47,614 bases of DNA. It comes from Paraglomus brasilianum. Its lineage: Eukaryota. The stretch spans positions 1 to 47,614 of the forward strand of contig CAJVPI010000161.1 of assembly GCA_910592345.1 (NCBI GenBank), read 5' to 3'. This document shows positions 1 through 12,328 of this stretch, one piece after another; the stretch's first letter is position 1, and each line of letters begins with the position of its first letter. Under the pieces are notes generated by a model. The model was not told where the DNA came from. It searched no databases and saw only the letters and a list, made by a program, of their open reading frames with translations. A program made the translations under genes and the position numbers.

Positions 1-1
1 T

Positions 2-79
2 TTGAGAAGTGTTAATATTATAATATCTGAGGGAAATGTGAAATTCTTAGACTTTGACTGGAGTGGAAAGGAAGGATAA
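2..79 (+). pseudogene. Fragment of a fungal-type protein kinase (subdomains VIb-VII), cut by the window edge
   Basis: Frame from nt 2 reads LRSVNIIISEGNVKFLDFDWSGKEG*, matching the (D)LRxxNI...LIDFDWxGKxG motif. The stop comes before subdomains VIII-XI. Confidence 0.6.
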
Positions 80-404
80 GATTTACTGACATTATTTTAC
101 AAAGATCAAATAATTGTTACGTTATTTGACACTTTGTTACAATTGTATCAAAGTAGTGAAACGTGAATCCAGGCTCAATGAATGCACTTAAGCAGTTTCT
201 TATTATTTTTTTTAAGTAAAAAGTTTATGATTAGATTTAAAAATGCAATGAAAGTTAGTTCATATGTTGCACATGTTACATGAGCCACTAAACCAAAGCC
301 TTCCCAAAATGTTAGTTAATTTTTCAGCCACATCAACTCACATAGTAATAGTCAAATGTTCACTTTGTCTGGTTTTGTGCAGCATGCCCCATATTACAGT
401 ATAA

Positions 405-1782
405 AGTAAGTTGAAAATCTTATTATTAGTTATTATCAACAAAATTATGCTTATATTTCCAATAAACCTTTTTTTATGTTAAACCAGCCATAGATTGTAA
501 TCTAAAAAACTATCAAATAGTAATAGTTCATCAATCAATGTTTCAGCAGCTGATTTTTATCAAAAAGATTGCCACCCCAGAAGAATCATATCCACCTACA
601 TGCAAGCAAATTATTATCAGAGCCAAGGAGGGAGATTATAAAATATGTTTACAGCTGCCAATTGTTTAACTCAACAGAACATTTACATTGTTCAGTTGAT
701 GATTATTATCATGAGGGTATAGTCTTGTTATTGTTGTGTCTGAGTTTGGGATCTGTCTCAATTCAGAACTCAGTCACTCAGTTGTTTCAGTTCAGCACTG
801 AGACAGGTCCCAACTGATACTGGGGTACAGCACTTCTCTTCTCTTCCCTATTGCTACTATTACTGCAATATTTACCAATTCATTGCCAAGCATTAAGTCA
901 ATCTACTTTATTGTTTCAGTCTTTTGTGAATGCATTTGCTTTCTCATGCATATGTACTAGTACTACTTTACAGAAACCTGTAGTTTTTAATAAGATCCCC
1001 ACTATCTAACAGGCATCATGTAATGAGATCGCCATGACTAATTTTAGTGTATTGTGCATGGAAATTTTACAAAGTTGAACAATCCAGCAGAATCTCGTGA
1101 CAAGATCGCCAGGATACTAATAGAAATTTAGCAATTTGTTGGTGCAAATCTCATCGAGACATTTTTAAAAATGCAAGTTTCTGTAAAGTAGTGCTAGCTG
1201 TCAAAACAGCACTTAACAGTTGAATCTTAATAGTAGTAACTTTTGTTACTGTTAACTATCAAAAAACAACTTTAGCAGTTGTCAAGAAGATTCTGTAAAT
1301 TGAACCTCTTCATTTATTACTATTTCAGTTAATTCTGTAGATAGTATTTAATATTATTATGGCTAGTACTAGTCAAAAACAAGAGCTGAAGCTCAGATTT
1401 TCTCCAAACTTCTTGTATTGTTTCAGTTAGTCTTGTGGAAAGCTTTTCTTTCATGTAGTAATACTAGCTGGCTGTCAAGAATCATCTTTTTACAGTTTCT
1501 GTATTTGTTAATAAAAACTCTACTCATGTATCATGATAGACTTTAATTTATCATAACCTTAAATGCTTGCTAACATGATCTGCAAATTCACATAGTAATA
1601 GGATAAATTTAATTGAAGCTTGTCTCATTATAGTAAGTTGAAAATCTTATTATTAGCAGAGTCTGAAATTTAATTATTAACAAAATTATGCTTATATTTC
1701 CAATAAAACTTTTTTTTATGTTAAATCAGCCATACATTGTAATTAAACTCTCTAAAATTCGTGAAAAAAACTATCAAATAGT
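405..1782 (+). repeat. Diverged direct repeat pair (~120-150 bp; ~405-522 and ~1631-1782)
   Basis: AGTAAGTTGAAAATCTTATTATTAG...CAAAATTATGCTTATATTTCCAATAAA...CAGCCATA...AAAAAACTATCAAATAGT occurs in both places. Confidence 0.75.
961..1193. mobile_element. 233-bp non-autonomous TIR element (MITE) with a CTAG target-site duplication
   Basis: Left end TACTACTTTACAGAAACCTGTAGTTTTTAA; right end reverse-complemented CACTACTTTACAGAAACTTGCATTTTTAA. CTAG flanks both sides (957-960, 1194-1197). An internal AGATCGCCA motif is repeated. Confidence 0.75.
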
Positions 1783-2119
1783 TCTTTTTCTCAACAGAAT
1801 TAATATGAAAGAAAAAAAATGAGGACAAGATGGAATACTATGACGGGATAATTCATGTGATAACATTGCGTTCTACTAAGATAAAGAACGGAGCAATGTG
1901 ATAAGAAAGACCATCAGTTGGAATTAAAGAAGTCTGCCAAAGAATAATTTACAATACATATAAAAATTAGCAGCTACATTTTTCACAAACCTATTCGGTA
2001 GTAGCAACTTTCCAACATGTCACTTGAGCTCCAGTATGAATGCATCACGTTTAGTGTCCGTGGTTCAGACATCCTCATATCATCAGTCACTAGATCCGCA
2101 AACTATCCCCCATACAAAC

Positions 2120-2494
2120 TCATACTTTCTTGTGTTCTTTCTTTCGTCCAACCCTTACTTTCCTTTTAGCCGATCTCGTCGTTACGCTAGTTGGGATGGT
2201 TGTCAGGTTCTTGTTGATTTCTTCCTTCCTGTCTAAGAGCGCTAGCGGATTACTCTCATAAATTTCGTATATGATACACTTGCCATATACCGCTCCGTTG
2301 TCTTTCACTTTATCTGGCGAACGCATCGGATGCGGATTTTTCCTTCTTCTGGGAACGACAGCTTCATCGCTCACAATAGTTGCCACACTTGCAGGCGATG
2401 ATGGTACTGATTCGGCATTTATGTCAGTTGGTGTATCGGTCGGCGTGATCTTTGGTGTTACTATGGTAGTAGTGATTGTCGGTGTGCTTTTCAT
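2120..2494 (-). CDS. Hypothetical protein with a Thr/Pro-rich N-terminus and basic C-terminus; model uncertain
   Basis: Open frame MKSTPTITTT...RKKEHKKV in a CpG-rich region. A possible acceptor lies near 2572 and a GTATGA donor overlaps the stop, so further exons are possible. Confidence 0.4.
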   Translation of the reverse strand: MKSTPTITTTIVTPKITPTDTPTDINAESVPSSPASVATIVSDEAVVPRRRKNPHPMRSPDKVKDNGAVYGKCIIYEIYESNPLALLDRKEEINKNLTTIPTSVTTRSAKRKVRVGRKKEHKKV

Positions 2495-5400
2495 GACCCG
2501 TGAAGATTTCGTGTGGACTTTCGATTTTAGTGCTTCGGGCGGGTGCGTATCGAATTTAGGTCTATTGTAACCTGAGAAAATGTATGTTTGGGAGGGGGTG
2601 ATACACAAAGCGATTTTTGAGTTTTCCTTTCTTTTTTTAGAGGAGTGGTATAAAAACATAGCGGGTGGGTTGGGGGCATGAAGAAATAGGAAAGGAGTTT
2701 GAACAGAGCCAGTTTCATTGTGTTGTTATAAGATATCTAGCATGCATGTCTACAACTGTCAGTCTGAAAAATTATACTAAATATCTCAGCTTATATACAT
2801 AAACTATTCACGCACACAACTATCTACAGTAATTTTTACTCTACCTACGACTATTTGGTATTTCCAACTATCGTTTGCTTGTTAAATACTGTAACTACTA
2901 CATCCGAACGTAGAGACTTTACACCGTCTTGCCTTGTTCACTGCTATGACAGCATACAAGGAAGTCAGATTAGCCTCGGTCAGTTCATAGGACGCAGCCA
3001 CAACATACGTCGTATGAGAACCTGCCACTCGTCGTATAACGAGCGCTCTTCAACCAACCTTTCAAAGACGTCCTTATCTCGGGTTCATGCATATTTTTTA
3101 TGCTTTCTATGTCTTTCTATATTTTCCCGTTTTTCTATCTCGCTAATCACGTTTTCAACGCTATATAACGACGACGCAAAGGTAAAACGATATAGTATGA
3201 TGTTCGGGGGTAGAGATAAAATGTATCTTTCGATGCGAAATACAGTAAAAACTGTAAAGGATAAAGGGCTAATGCAATAAAAATGTAACTGGACAAATTT
3301 TCTGGGGGTTTCACCAAGGAAAAAAGATAAGCAGGGCCTCTCAAATTGTATGCAACGACTCGTTGCACAGATTTTTTGCCGAAGGTCTTTTATGGGTTTG
3401 ATTTGCTCAATATTAGAACGCAAGACGGCTAAATGTGTTGAATGAATAGTGGGAAAAAAGGCAAAATAAGAAGAAAACACAAATGCCAATAAGACGAAGA
3501 GATCTTGTGTATGAGAAATTTTAGATGGCTGATTGCGATTTGGATGATGCGAACATATAGTTAGGCGCATTATTTAGTACAAGCAGAACAGATACACGTC
3601 AGAACTGTTAACCGAAATGAATGCAAGTTATCTTTAGTTGACATAAGTTCGCTCATAAAACGCGTATTCATTTTGACGTTGTATACGGGTCATGAATGTA
3701 AAAATAGATTTATTTCTTCAAGGAGACAATGTGCAAACAGTCGTTCAACGAAAAGAATTGAGGTCAGTTGGCCAACTAATAGACTAAACGACGTCATATA
3801 AGATAATAACCTTGAAATAACAGATATGTAGGAGAGTGTATGCCGGGTGGAAACGACAGGTTACGTTTAATGTTTTAATATTTCTCAATCAACGAGACAT
3901 GTTATGTAGAAGATGCAACATTTATATTTTTTTGTGCCATTTAACTTGAGATTTCTGCATGGTTCATCGCTCGGGTTTTTGTGTATACAGTTATAAACCA
4001 CCCCCAAATGCACCACAATAAGATGTAAAGTGCCGCAGAAAGATATCTGTAAATGCAATACCGTATCGATGAGAGTGGGACTTTTCATGTGATTGATCAG
4101 ATAATCTACCTACATGATAAAGGAGATTCTGTAGTGTAACATTTCCAAATTAATGACTGAGGCAAAACGGCGGAGTATATGCAGCAATGCAAGTCAATTT
4201 TAAGGGGCTACTTTACGTGGGTGGCTTCAAAAAGGTTTTGCTCTACTTCGATAATAATTTTAAAAGAGATTTCTCCATTTATGTGATTTCTTCCGACATT
4301 CCTCTTATCAACAATTGCCTGACGAGCCCTAGACAGATTTTAATCCTGTTATACCTCTTTCTTGTAGACTTAGGATAGACGTGGCCTCTTCCAAAAATAA
4401 CTTATAGTAGATGTGTGATGAGGCGCAGCATTGGTCTTTTTCTTTTAATTCTTTAGCATAAAGCAAAGTTTTTTTTATGAAAGTCTTTTATTAAGCATAT
4501 TGTGGATATTTTCCAAAATTGCTTCGCAAGGCATTCTGAATCGAGGCTCATCTCCCAAGCAGTCTCTTCCATCAATGACCATCGACTAGACGAGTAAAAA
4601 AGCGATTTTAGTATTTTTGAAATTGTTACGGAGTAACTGTGTGCATAATGCTAGTGCTCGTGTCCGCAAGTTTTCGTTGGTTTTACATGAACTGTATTAA
4701 AATCTGTCGCGTCTTGACATTCGGCAAATATGTAAAATCGGTATTATTTACGTAAAATCCATTAGTCTTGATAAACGAACTTTGAATAAAGACATCTCAA
4801 CAACAATCTATTTAAACAAACCAAATTTGGAGGGTATTTTTTTTTTTGAAAAACAGAATGAGATTTTATTTGGTTAGTATTACGTTGTCATAGGTTATTA
4901 ACACGTGAACGTGAAGCATGCGGTAAGAACTCTTTGAACCACCTACATAAGCTTGTGGCAGAAACAGAATTGGCTTTCTGACTGACAAGTTTGGAAGAAG
5001 AATAAGGAACATCCTAATGTTGGCTGTTTTCAAGTTTGTTCGAAATAATTTTGTTTACTCGCCAGGAAGTGATGTGGATCTTGCTAAGCTTGTAATAAAC
5101 TAAGTGTAGTAATTTCCTTCCCCACACGGTTTTAACAAATTTTATATTAGTATTAGAACCAATTTAATATTCTTACAATTGTATGAATTGTATGATTTGT
5201 GGCTGGTATGAAATGAATGTATATTTATTATTATGGTGTCTTCTATAAATGCAAAAAATATTATTTCAACTATTTCAAGTATGTGTAGTAAGACTATATT
5301 ATACTGAAGTTTAACTTACTAAAACAATTACAATCTCAGGTTCATGTGTATCAATAGATTATATGAATGGAGCATTTATAGACAATCTGCCCACAATGAC

Positions 5401-6335
5401 AATGCATAGAATTTTATTGCCAATTCTTCCCCTTTGGATTAAAAACTTGGCTATATGTTTTATCAGCTACATTATAAGATATTACTACTAGTCTTTGATT
5501 TAATTGAATTGGAAAGTATTGCCAAGACTAATAATAGCATATATTATTAAGTGCTGTAAGTATTACAAATTTCACCATTTAGTTTGTACTGCTTAATAAA
5601 GATTGAAGAATAGTTAGTTTTAATTTTAAGTGTTTTATTATGCATTTTAGTCTGGATTATAAATGATGTGACATATTAATATCCCAGCACTTATTAATTA
5701 ATATCCAATCTCCGTGACGCATATCACTAGCATTGCTATGTTTAATCAATGTGCGCAATGCAAAAAAAAAGAAGAGAAACTACAAAATTATTGACACAAA
5801 TCACATCAACATACTAATGCACTATGACACCAATTTGTTTCACAGGTACAGTAAAAAAAGCAGAAGTTTGTTCAATGACTCGTACTTAGTATATAAATAT
5901 AAGTCAGATTAAACACATTTTGTGTGGTACTTTTTATTGTCAGTCGCGGAAAATTGCATAAACATAAGCATATCATTTTAATTAAAAGAAAATCTTTGAA
6001 TAAAACTCGTACAAACTATAAATAAATCGTCATTACAAGTTTATTAATCACTGAATTGTAGAAAAATATGGACGATGTTAACATTATATTTGGCTTGTTT
6101 ATATCAACATGTAACCAGCTTTGTCAGCATACCTGCAGCTGAACCCATATCGATAATTTACCAGGGATTGAATTATTAACAACGCATTTCAGAGTATAAA
6201 AGACTACTCATTTATTAGAAATATTTACAATAAAGAAATCAAAAGTTATTGTAACATTATCAATGGACGGATTTCAGTTAGATTCAGTGTCCATTAGTCC
6301 ATATACTGTATCTTTCGAAAGAACTAATTGATCTA

Positions 6336-7606
6336 CAGTGTGTAACAAAAAAAAACTGGATATTTTTATTTTGCCATTGCTCCTCAATGAGTTAACCAAA
6401 TTTTATAAATAATGGGTCATTTGAAAGATGAAAACAACCAAATTTATTTGATAAAAATTAATAAGAAATCCGTTCTCCATTCTTCTCGATAATGAGCTCA
6501 CAACGCCGTTTCATTGATCCCACCAAATTAATTAACATGCTTTCCGGAATTCTATTCCACTCCTCCACCATAAAACTCTCCAGTTTGCCAAGATTTTTTG
6601 GCATTCGTCTTTCTACATTATTTTTAACAATTCCCCAAAGGTTTTCTATCGGGTTTAAATCAGGACTATTTGATGGCCAGTCCATTACCACCGGAATGTT
6701 TTCTTTCAAAAATTCCGTAGCAAGACGACTCGTGTGTTTTAGATCGTTGTCTTGCTGGAGTCTCCACCTACCTCCAAGTATCCTATTTATTTCTGGAATA
6801 TGTTTCTGGAGGATTTCTACATAAAACTTGGCATCCATTATCCTCCGGAAACAAATTTACCGACTGCACAAAATCTGCTCCATGCAAAGATTTTTGTGCG
6901 ATCTTTGGGCATGGGACGAATCGGCCGTTCGCCTTTGTACCAACGTTCGATGGTGTTCCGGTAAAGTTGGAACGCGGTTTCATCGGAAAATAATGTCTTC
7001 CTCCAATTGTCATTGAGGTGTTGACGTGCCCACTCAACACGTCTTTGCTTATGGGCTTCGGTTAGCATAGGTGTTCGTTTAGGCAATGCTTTCGAGTACC
7101 CATAAGTGGTCAGGGTGCCTCGAAATTGTCATGTGCGACACATCAACACCTGTATTTGACACTTTACGAGCTAAAGTCCGTGTGGATATTGAGTCATTTC
7201 TCCGTATTGACTGTCCGATTATCTTGGAGGTTCTTCCGGTTATTTTCCTGGGACGACCATTGCCTCGCGCGCGACCCACTGTTCCTTTTTCTTTAATTTT
7301 TTTATGTTATCATAAATGGTGGAAAAGGTATGTTTGTTCGGCGATGAATTTCTTGGCCATTGCAAATACCCTCATTCCATAAATGTAATATACATTGACG
7401 TTGTGTTTCTTGCTTAGAAGCGGGCATTGTGTTTGTATACTAAACAAAGTTGCGTTAAGGATCAGGTTGTAAACAACGCTCAAATATACTCCTGACTATT
7501 ATGTTTATTTTCCATTTTACATGTCCCAAATCGGACAGAAAACAAGCGCGTGGGACACGTTTATGTCGCATAAAAAAATATCCGTTTTTTTTTTTGTTAC
7601 ACACTG
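6336..7606 (-). mobile_element. Tc1-family (DD34E) DNA transposon, TIR-bounded, 1271 bp
   Basis: TIRs CAGTGTGTAACAAAAAAAAA...GGATATTTTT at 6336 and the reverse complement ending at 7606. TA target duplication at 6334-6335 and 7607-7608. Internal transposase remnants. Confidence 0.95.
6458..7427 (-). pseudogene. Tc1 transposase pseudogene (at least three frameshifts)
   Basis: ATG at 7427 (MPASKQETQRQCILHLWNEG), GRPRK motif, LFSDE, LQQDND and WPSNSPDLNPIENLW, with 34 residues between the second D and the E. Frame breaks near 7320, 7117 and 6855. Confidence 0.92.
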
Positions 7607-7661
7607 TATTTTTAGCAACGTTATTAATTATCCTATTTTCGGTTTACTATTGTTCTGCTCG

Positions 7662-8467
7662 CATGACAGCACTTTCGATGTTGCCTGCTGTTGTCTGATC
7701 TCCAGATGTCTTCTGATGTTGCTGTACCACTGTCGCGACATCCGCAGTTTATATCACATCACTTGCTACGAGCCGATCGGCAGATCCCAACAACAAACAA
7801 CTTATTTATTGAAATCTACTGCAGAAGACAACTGACAGTTATAAACATGACTTCTATCATCTTGAGGATGAACCAGAGAAAAAGGTTCTGGATGAAATTT
7901 ATTTCAAAGAATATGAAAATGCAAGCTAAACAAGGAATGCCATGCACAAAATAATCTTGGTGTGGTGTATGTTATCACAATGGAACTGGAGTAGAAAAAG
8001 ATGAACAAAAGGCAGTTAAACAAGGGCTTGCTGATGTATAAAACAATTTTGGCTATTTATATAGAACAGGCATTGAAATAAAAATAGATTATCAAAAAGC
8101 AGCTATTACTATGCAAGGAGATCCTAATGCACAGTACAACCTTGGTTAGTGTTATAAAAGGAATTGGTGTAGATAAAAATGTTCAAAAAGCAGTGGAACT
8201 GTATCAAGAAGCAGTCAATCAAGGAAATTTTTCCACATACACTAGCCTTGGTTTATGTTACAAAATGGAATTGGGGTAGAAATGGATATTCAAAAGGCAG
8301 CTGAACAAAAACGTGTATATGGACAATATAATCTTGGTTTGTGTTATGAGGAGGGAATTGGGGTAAAACAAGATGAACAGAAAGCTATTGAATTATATCA
8401 AAAAGCTGCTGAGCAGGGATGCATTAAGGCACAAAATAAGGTGAATACAATAATAAATCCAAGTTAA
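7662..8467 (+). pseudogene. Sel1-like repeat protein pseudogene
   Basis: Broken repeats AQNNLG...CYHNGTGVEKDEQKAV, GDPNAQYNLG*CY and GQYNLGLCYEEGIGVKQDEQKAIELYQKAAEQG, with stops and frameshifts. The 5' boundary is approximate. Confidence 0.85.
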
Positions 8468-8969
8468 AAAGAAAGATCCAAGAGTTAGCTAAATTTATCA
8501 GGCAAAAAAAAACCAAGTTGAAATAAAAAATTTTATTATTGGGTTATAGGATAATAATAAAGCTGTGTTGGGCAATTTATTTGTTGCTGGTAGTAAATTG
8601 ATAATTGTTGGTATCCTTGTTTTCTTTTTTAGCAACTTATCACTTCTTAATAGTTTATTAAATAAACTTCGAGCCTAGTTACCTGTGTTAAACATTTGTG
8701 AAGAGTGTTTATAATGAATAGCTACTAACAATAACATATTAATATTAATATGACCTGTAGTAGTATAGTAGGGGTTTTTTACGTAATATGCTTGAAAAGT
8801 AATGACAATTAATTTACGTATATCTTAATGATCTGCAAACCTATCCAAATAAAGTTTTTATTTTCTGAATGTACTACATTTGACAAACATCGCACAAAAA
8901 ACTTGATGCAAATTGCTTTGGTAATTCTTGAAAAATTCCCGCTCAAAGTTACCTACCAAAAACAAATAA

Positions 8970-9121
8970 ATGGAACATTCTACTCGTGAAAACCAACATT
9001 CCTATATCTTTGTTGAATGGAAAAAGGTGACCAAGCACTATCTTTGAGAACAATTCATCGCTGGATTGAAGTATTTGAACTTGGAAAACAAAGTGTTAAA
9101 GATGAGGATCACGGCGATTAA
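8970..9121 (+). mobile_element. Mariner-type transposase N-terminal HTH relic
   Basis: MEHSTRENQHSYIFVEWKK, then a frameshift, then GDQALSLRTIHRWIEVFELGKQSVKDEDHG, resembling the mariner HTH consensus YGDxALSxRTVxRWxxxFxxGxxSxEDxxRSG. Confidence 0.7.
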
Positions 9122-12100
9122 TTGTCTGACCTTTTTTAAATGTGGCACTTATGGAGGTTATACAATTATCTGGGACTCAAAATTGCTTGCACGTGTAGAA
9201 CATGGAGGGTGTGCACTTATGGAGGGTGCATTTATAGAGGTGTCTCTGATTATGTATAATTTTGTGTAATTAAATTTTTTCGATGTGCCGGGTAGTATAT
9301 AAGGAGTTTACTCGTTCATTGAAAGCGTCCCTGTATGTATGCCAATTGTTCTCTAATATAAAAAAAAAATCGATCTTAATTCCAGGGAATAACACAGGCG
9401 ACCCATACCAACCTTTCTTAAGTAAATAACCCGATTTCCAAGATTTATAACTGCAAGTGTTTGCGACCATATCATAACTTAACGTAATGCTGTAGCCTAG
9501 CCACATCTGATACTTCTTTTTTGCGTTGTAGGTTAACGATTTTTTCCAAATTTTTAATTTTAAGTTGTTTATATTCCCAACTAAAGCGCTGAATATCTCA
9601 ACTTTTATAGATTTAAACCAGTTCATAAACATTATATAATGACAGTATGTGTTATCAGACTTTTTTTTTTGACCAGAAGGTTTTGCATTCCATTTACTTC
9701 AGCAACACCAATTTTAATTTACACACGCGGTTTTATCACGTAAACTATGTCAGTTATCACAACGGCAGTATTACCATACTCGTGTAGTGAGAATTGCAAT
9801 TGATTTAAACCTTAAAGAATTATTTGTTAACAGAAGCTTGCCCGTAGATTATGTCAAGTTTTATTTTTTTTTAAACAATTACCGTTCGCTTGTCACTATG
9901 TCTACATTTTCTATCAATGTTAACATTAAAAAAGTATAATCTTGCGTTATTACATAAACTTATACTGTAACGTTTGTAGCGTTTACTCAAAAACGGTTTA
10001 TAAGACAAGCGATCATGTAATAAGATCCCATATTAGCTCACGATTGTCAAGACAAATAAGTAATTAAGGTAGTAAGTATATTACGGCAGCTTAGTAGATA
10101 ATCGATAGTAATAGCGAAATTATTAATTTGTTGTGTTTAAGAGAAATTAAAAATAAATCATCAGACCAAAATAATGTTCGTCAATTTATGTGTACAAATG
10201 TTCAATATTATTAAAGAGAAGATTACTTTATCTTCAAGAGATTCTTCGAACTGGAATAGAAGTCAAAGTTTGAACCAAGCGTGCAGAATATACTTTGATA
10301 CAAATCGGCTCAAGAATTAACTAAATAAATTGCACTAATTATAGTTAGTCTCTTAACAGAAACAAAATTTTAAAAGGGCAATTTCACGTTTGTTTAGAAG
10401 ACAACTTTTTCAATCCGACGAATTTACTATGAAGCAAGTAATGTCAGCCATAGTGGAAATTTGCAAGACAAAGTTGAAGTAAAGAATAAAACGGCTATAA
10501 ATTACCAGCTTGTGAATGGTGCGAACGATTGTCAGCGAAATGGGGATCAATTACAAACTAGCCTACGCCGCGCCGTGCCTTAAACGTATTTTGTACATCA
10601 GACATACTGCAGTAAAATTATATACACAGTATGCGAAAGCTTATTAAATGTTTGCGGTGGCAAAAGGCAGCTAAGCTTTGCAAAGACTTTTCGCTTCAAG
10701 TTTACTCCGTTTTGCAACAAGTAATAAATAATATTACACAACGGAGCCTCTGCCTAACCTACACGCTGAGACAATAAGTGTGTCGTCTCAAATTGCGTGC
10801 TAATTGCCTGATCGTTAGGGGTAATTGCCGATGGCCGTGCCAATTGTGTGGTGCGAAAAAAAAGATGTACCACTTTCATCAAGTGCCTCCTTACATAACA
10901 TATTCTTAGCTAAGCCATTTGTAGTATGTCATGAATGCAATAATGATAGTGACGTATTTATAATTATTCCTAGATTGCGAGATAAGCGTGTGTTAAATTT
11001 ACAATATTAATATATAAAACTAGTTTCAACAACGCACTGAATACGATAAATAGTTTCACAACTAAACAGTGACTGGTGTATTGATCTTTTTTTTTATTTG
11101 TACACTGGGAAAAAGTTAGCAAGCACTTGTATATTAGCAAATCGTTTATCTCAAAACTTCTTATCGAAATGAGATTTATCTCTTAATCTAGGTTTAAAAT
11201 TAAGGTTTAGACGGTCCAAACATTATCCCCTTATTATAATCAAATGCTATTTCTTTAGGCCTTTGACGGATCGTTGATAATTTTAATCTCATAACCAATT
11301 AATAGATTGGGCTAACGAAGACGAATAAGCTGCAGCGACGTTTTACTTAGCATTGAATGACAAACTATTTGAGGTTAGTTTAATGACACAAACATGGAAA
11401 GATCGTTTTTCCATACTTCGTATTACCATGAGTAACGTCCACAGCATAACAAATAGGCAGTGTTGCTTGCATTTCAGTTCAGCCGGACATCAGCTGGCAT
11501 ATTCATTTAAATGTGTTATGTCGGCTGAATCTTCTTTCTATCTATTGTTTGTGCTTACCGTTATTAGATACTTTTGATTACAATTTGCATGGAGAGATGT
11601 AGTGTTACTTCTCACCACTCCGATTTCACTGTTGAGATTTCCAGAGCAATAGTAATTATTTTAACGGTACCTGGAGACTTTTTCGAATAATTTTGTCAAT
11701 AGTAGTATAATAAAATAAGCGCGTTAGAGTGGGCTAACAGACGTTTCAATTCAATTGGCAATAATAAGTTGACATTATCAATAGTTTATGTAGCGCTTCA
11801 TTTTATTAAGTTTCCTAAATGATTGCAAATCAACATACGGCCGTGAGCAATAGATGACCTATTTTATTCTAAGCAAATCATAATAGTTGTCAACAGGGTC
11901 TGAACGCAATAGAGAGCTGTATAAGCACTATATTATTATTATCTTCTTGGCTGTTAGAGAAGATTTTTATAACCTTTGCTTCTGAAACTATAAAATTTAT
12001 TTCTAACGAGGTCAATGACATGAAACATTCTTAAAAGACAGTATGTTGAAAACACGAAGGATAAAAAATTATATACAGGAACGCGAGATGAATAAAAATG

Positions 12101-12328
12101 ATTACTTTGCAAACAATGTGCGTATTGTCCCTCCTTGTACAACGATTTTCTTATCTTAGGACATGATGCCACAATTAGAAGTATTTATGTAATGATTACG
12201 TTACAATAACCTAGTCGCTATCCGTATGCCCCTTAAACTCCCACACTATTTAGACAGCAATCTTAGTCTGTGAATCGAACGATAAAGCGGCGGACACTCA
12301 TGTAATTATTTATTTATCTACACAAGAG

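Noticed and set aside
2855..3570. Overlapping ORFs of 141 and 161 aa
   Set aside because: Non-protein-like composition on opposite strands; more likely promoter or UTR sequence.
4966..5103. GFLTDKFGRR, resembling MFS transporter motif A
   Set aside because: Isolated short match with no flanking transmembrane exons; could be chance.
6836..6840. TAATG stop-start overlap suggesting translational coupling in the transposase
   Set aside because: Explained by a small deletion: the alternative frame reads CFRRIMDAKFY, continuous with the normal Tc1 sequence.
9270..9632. 120-aa minus-strand ORF
   Set aside because: No recognisable motif or splice context; likely spurious.
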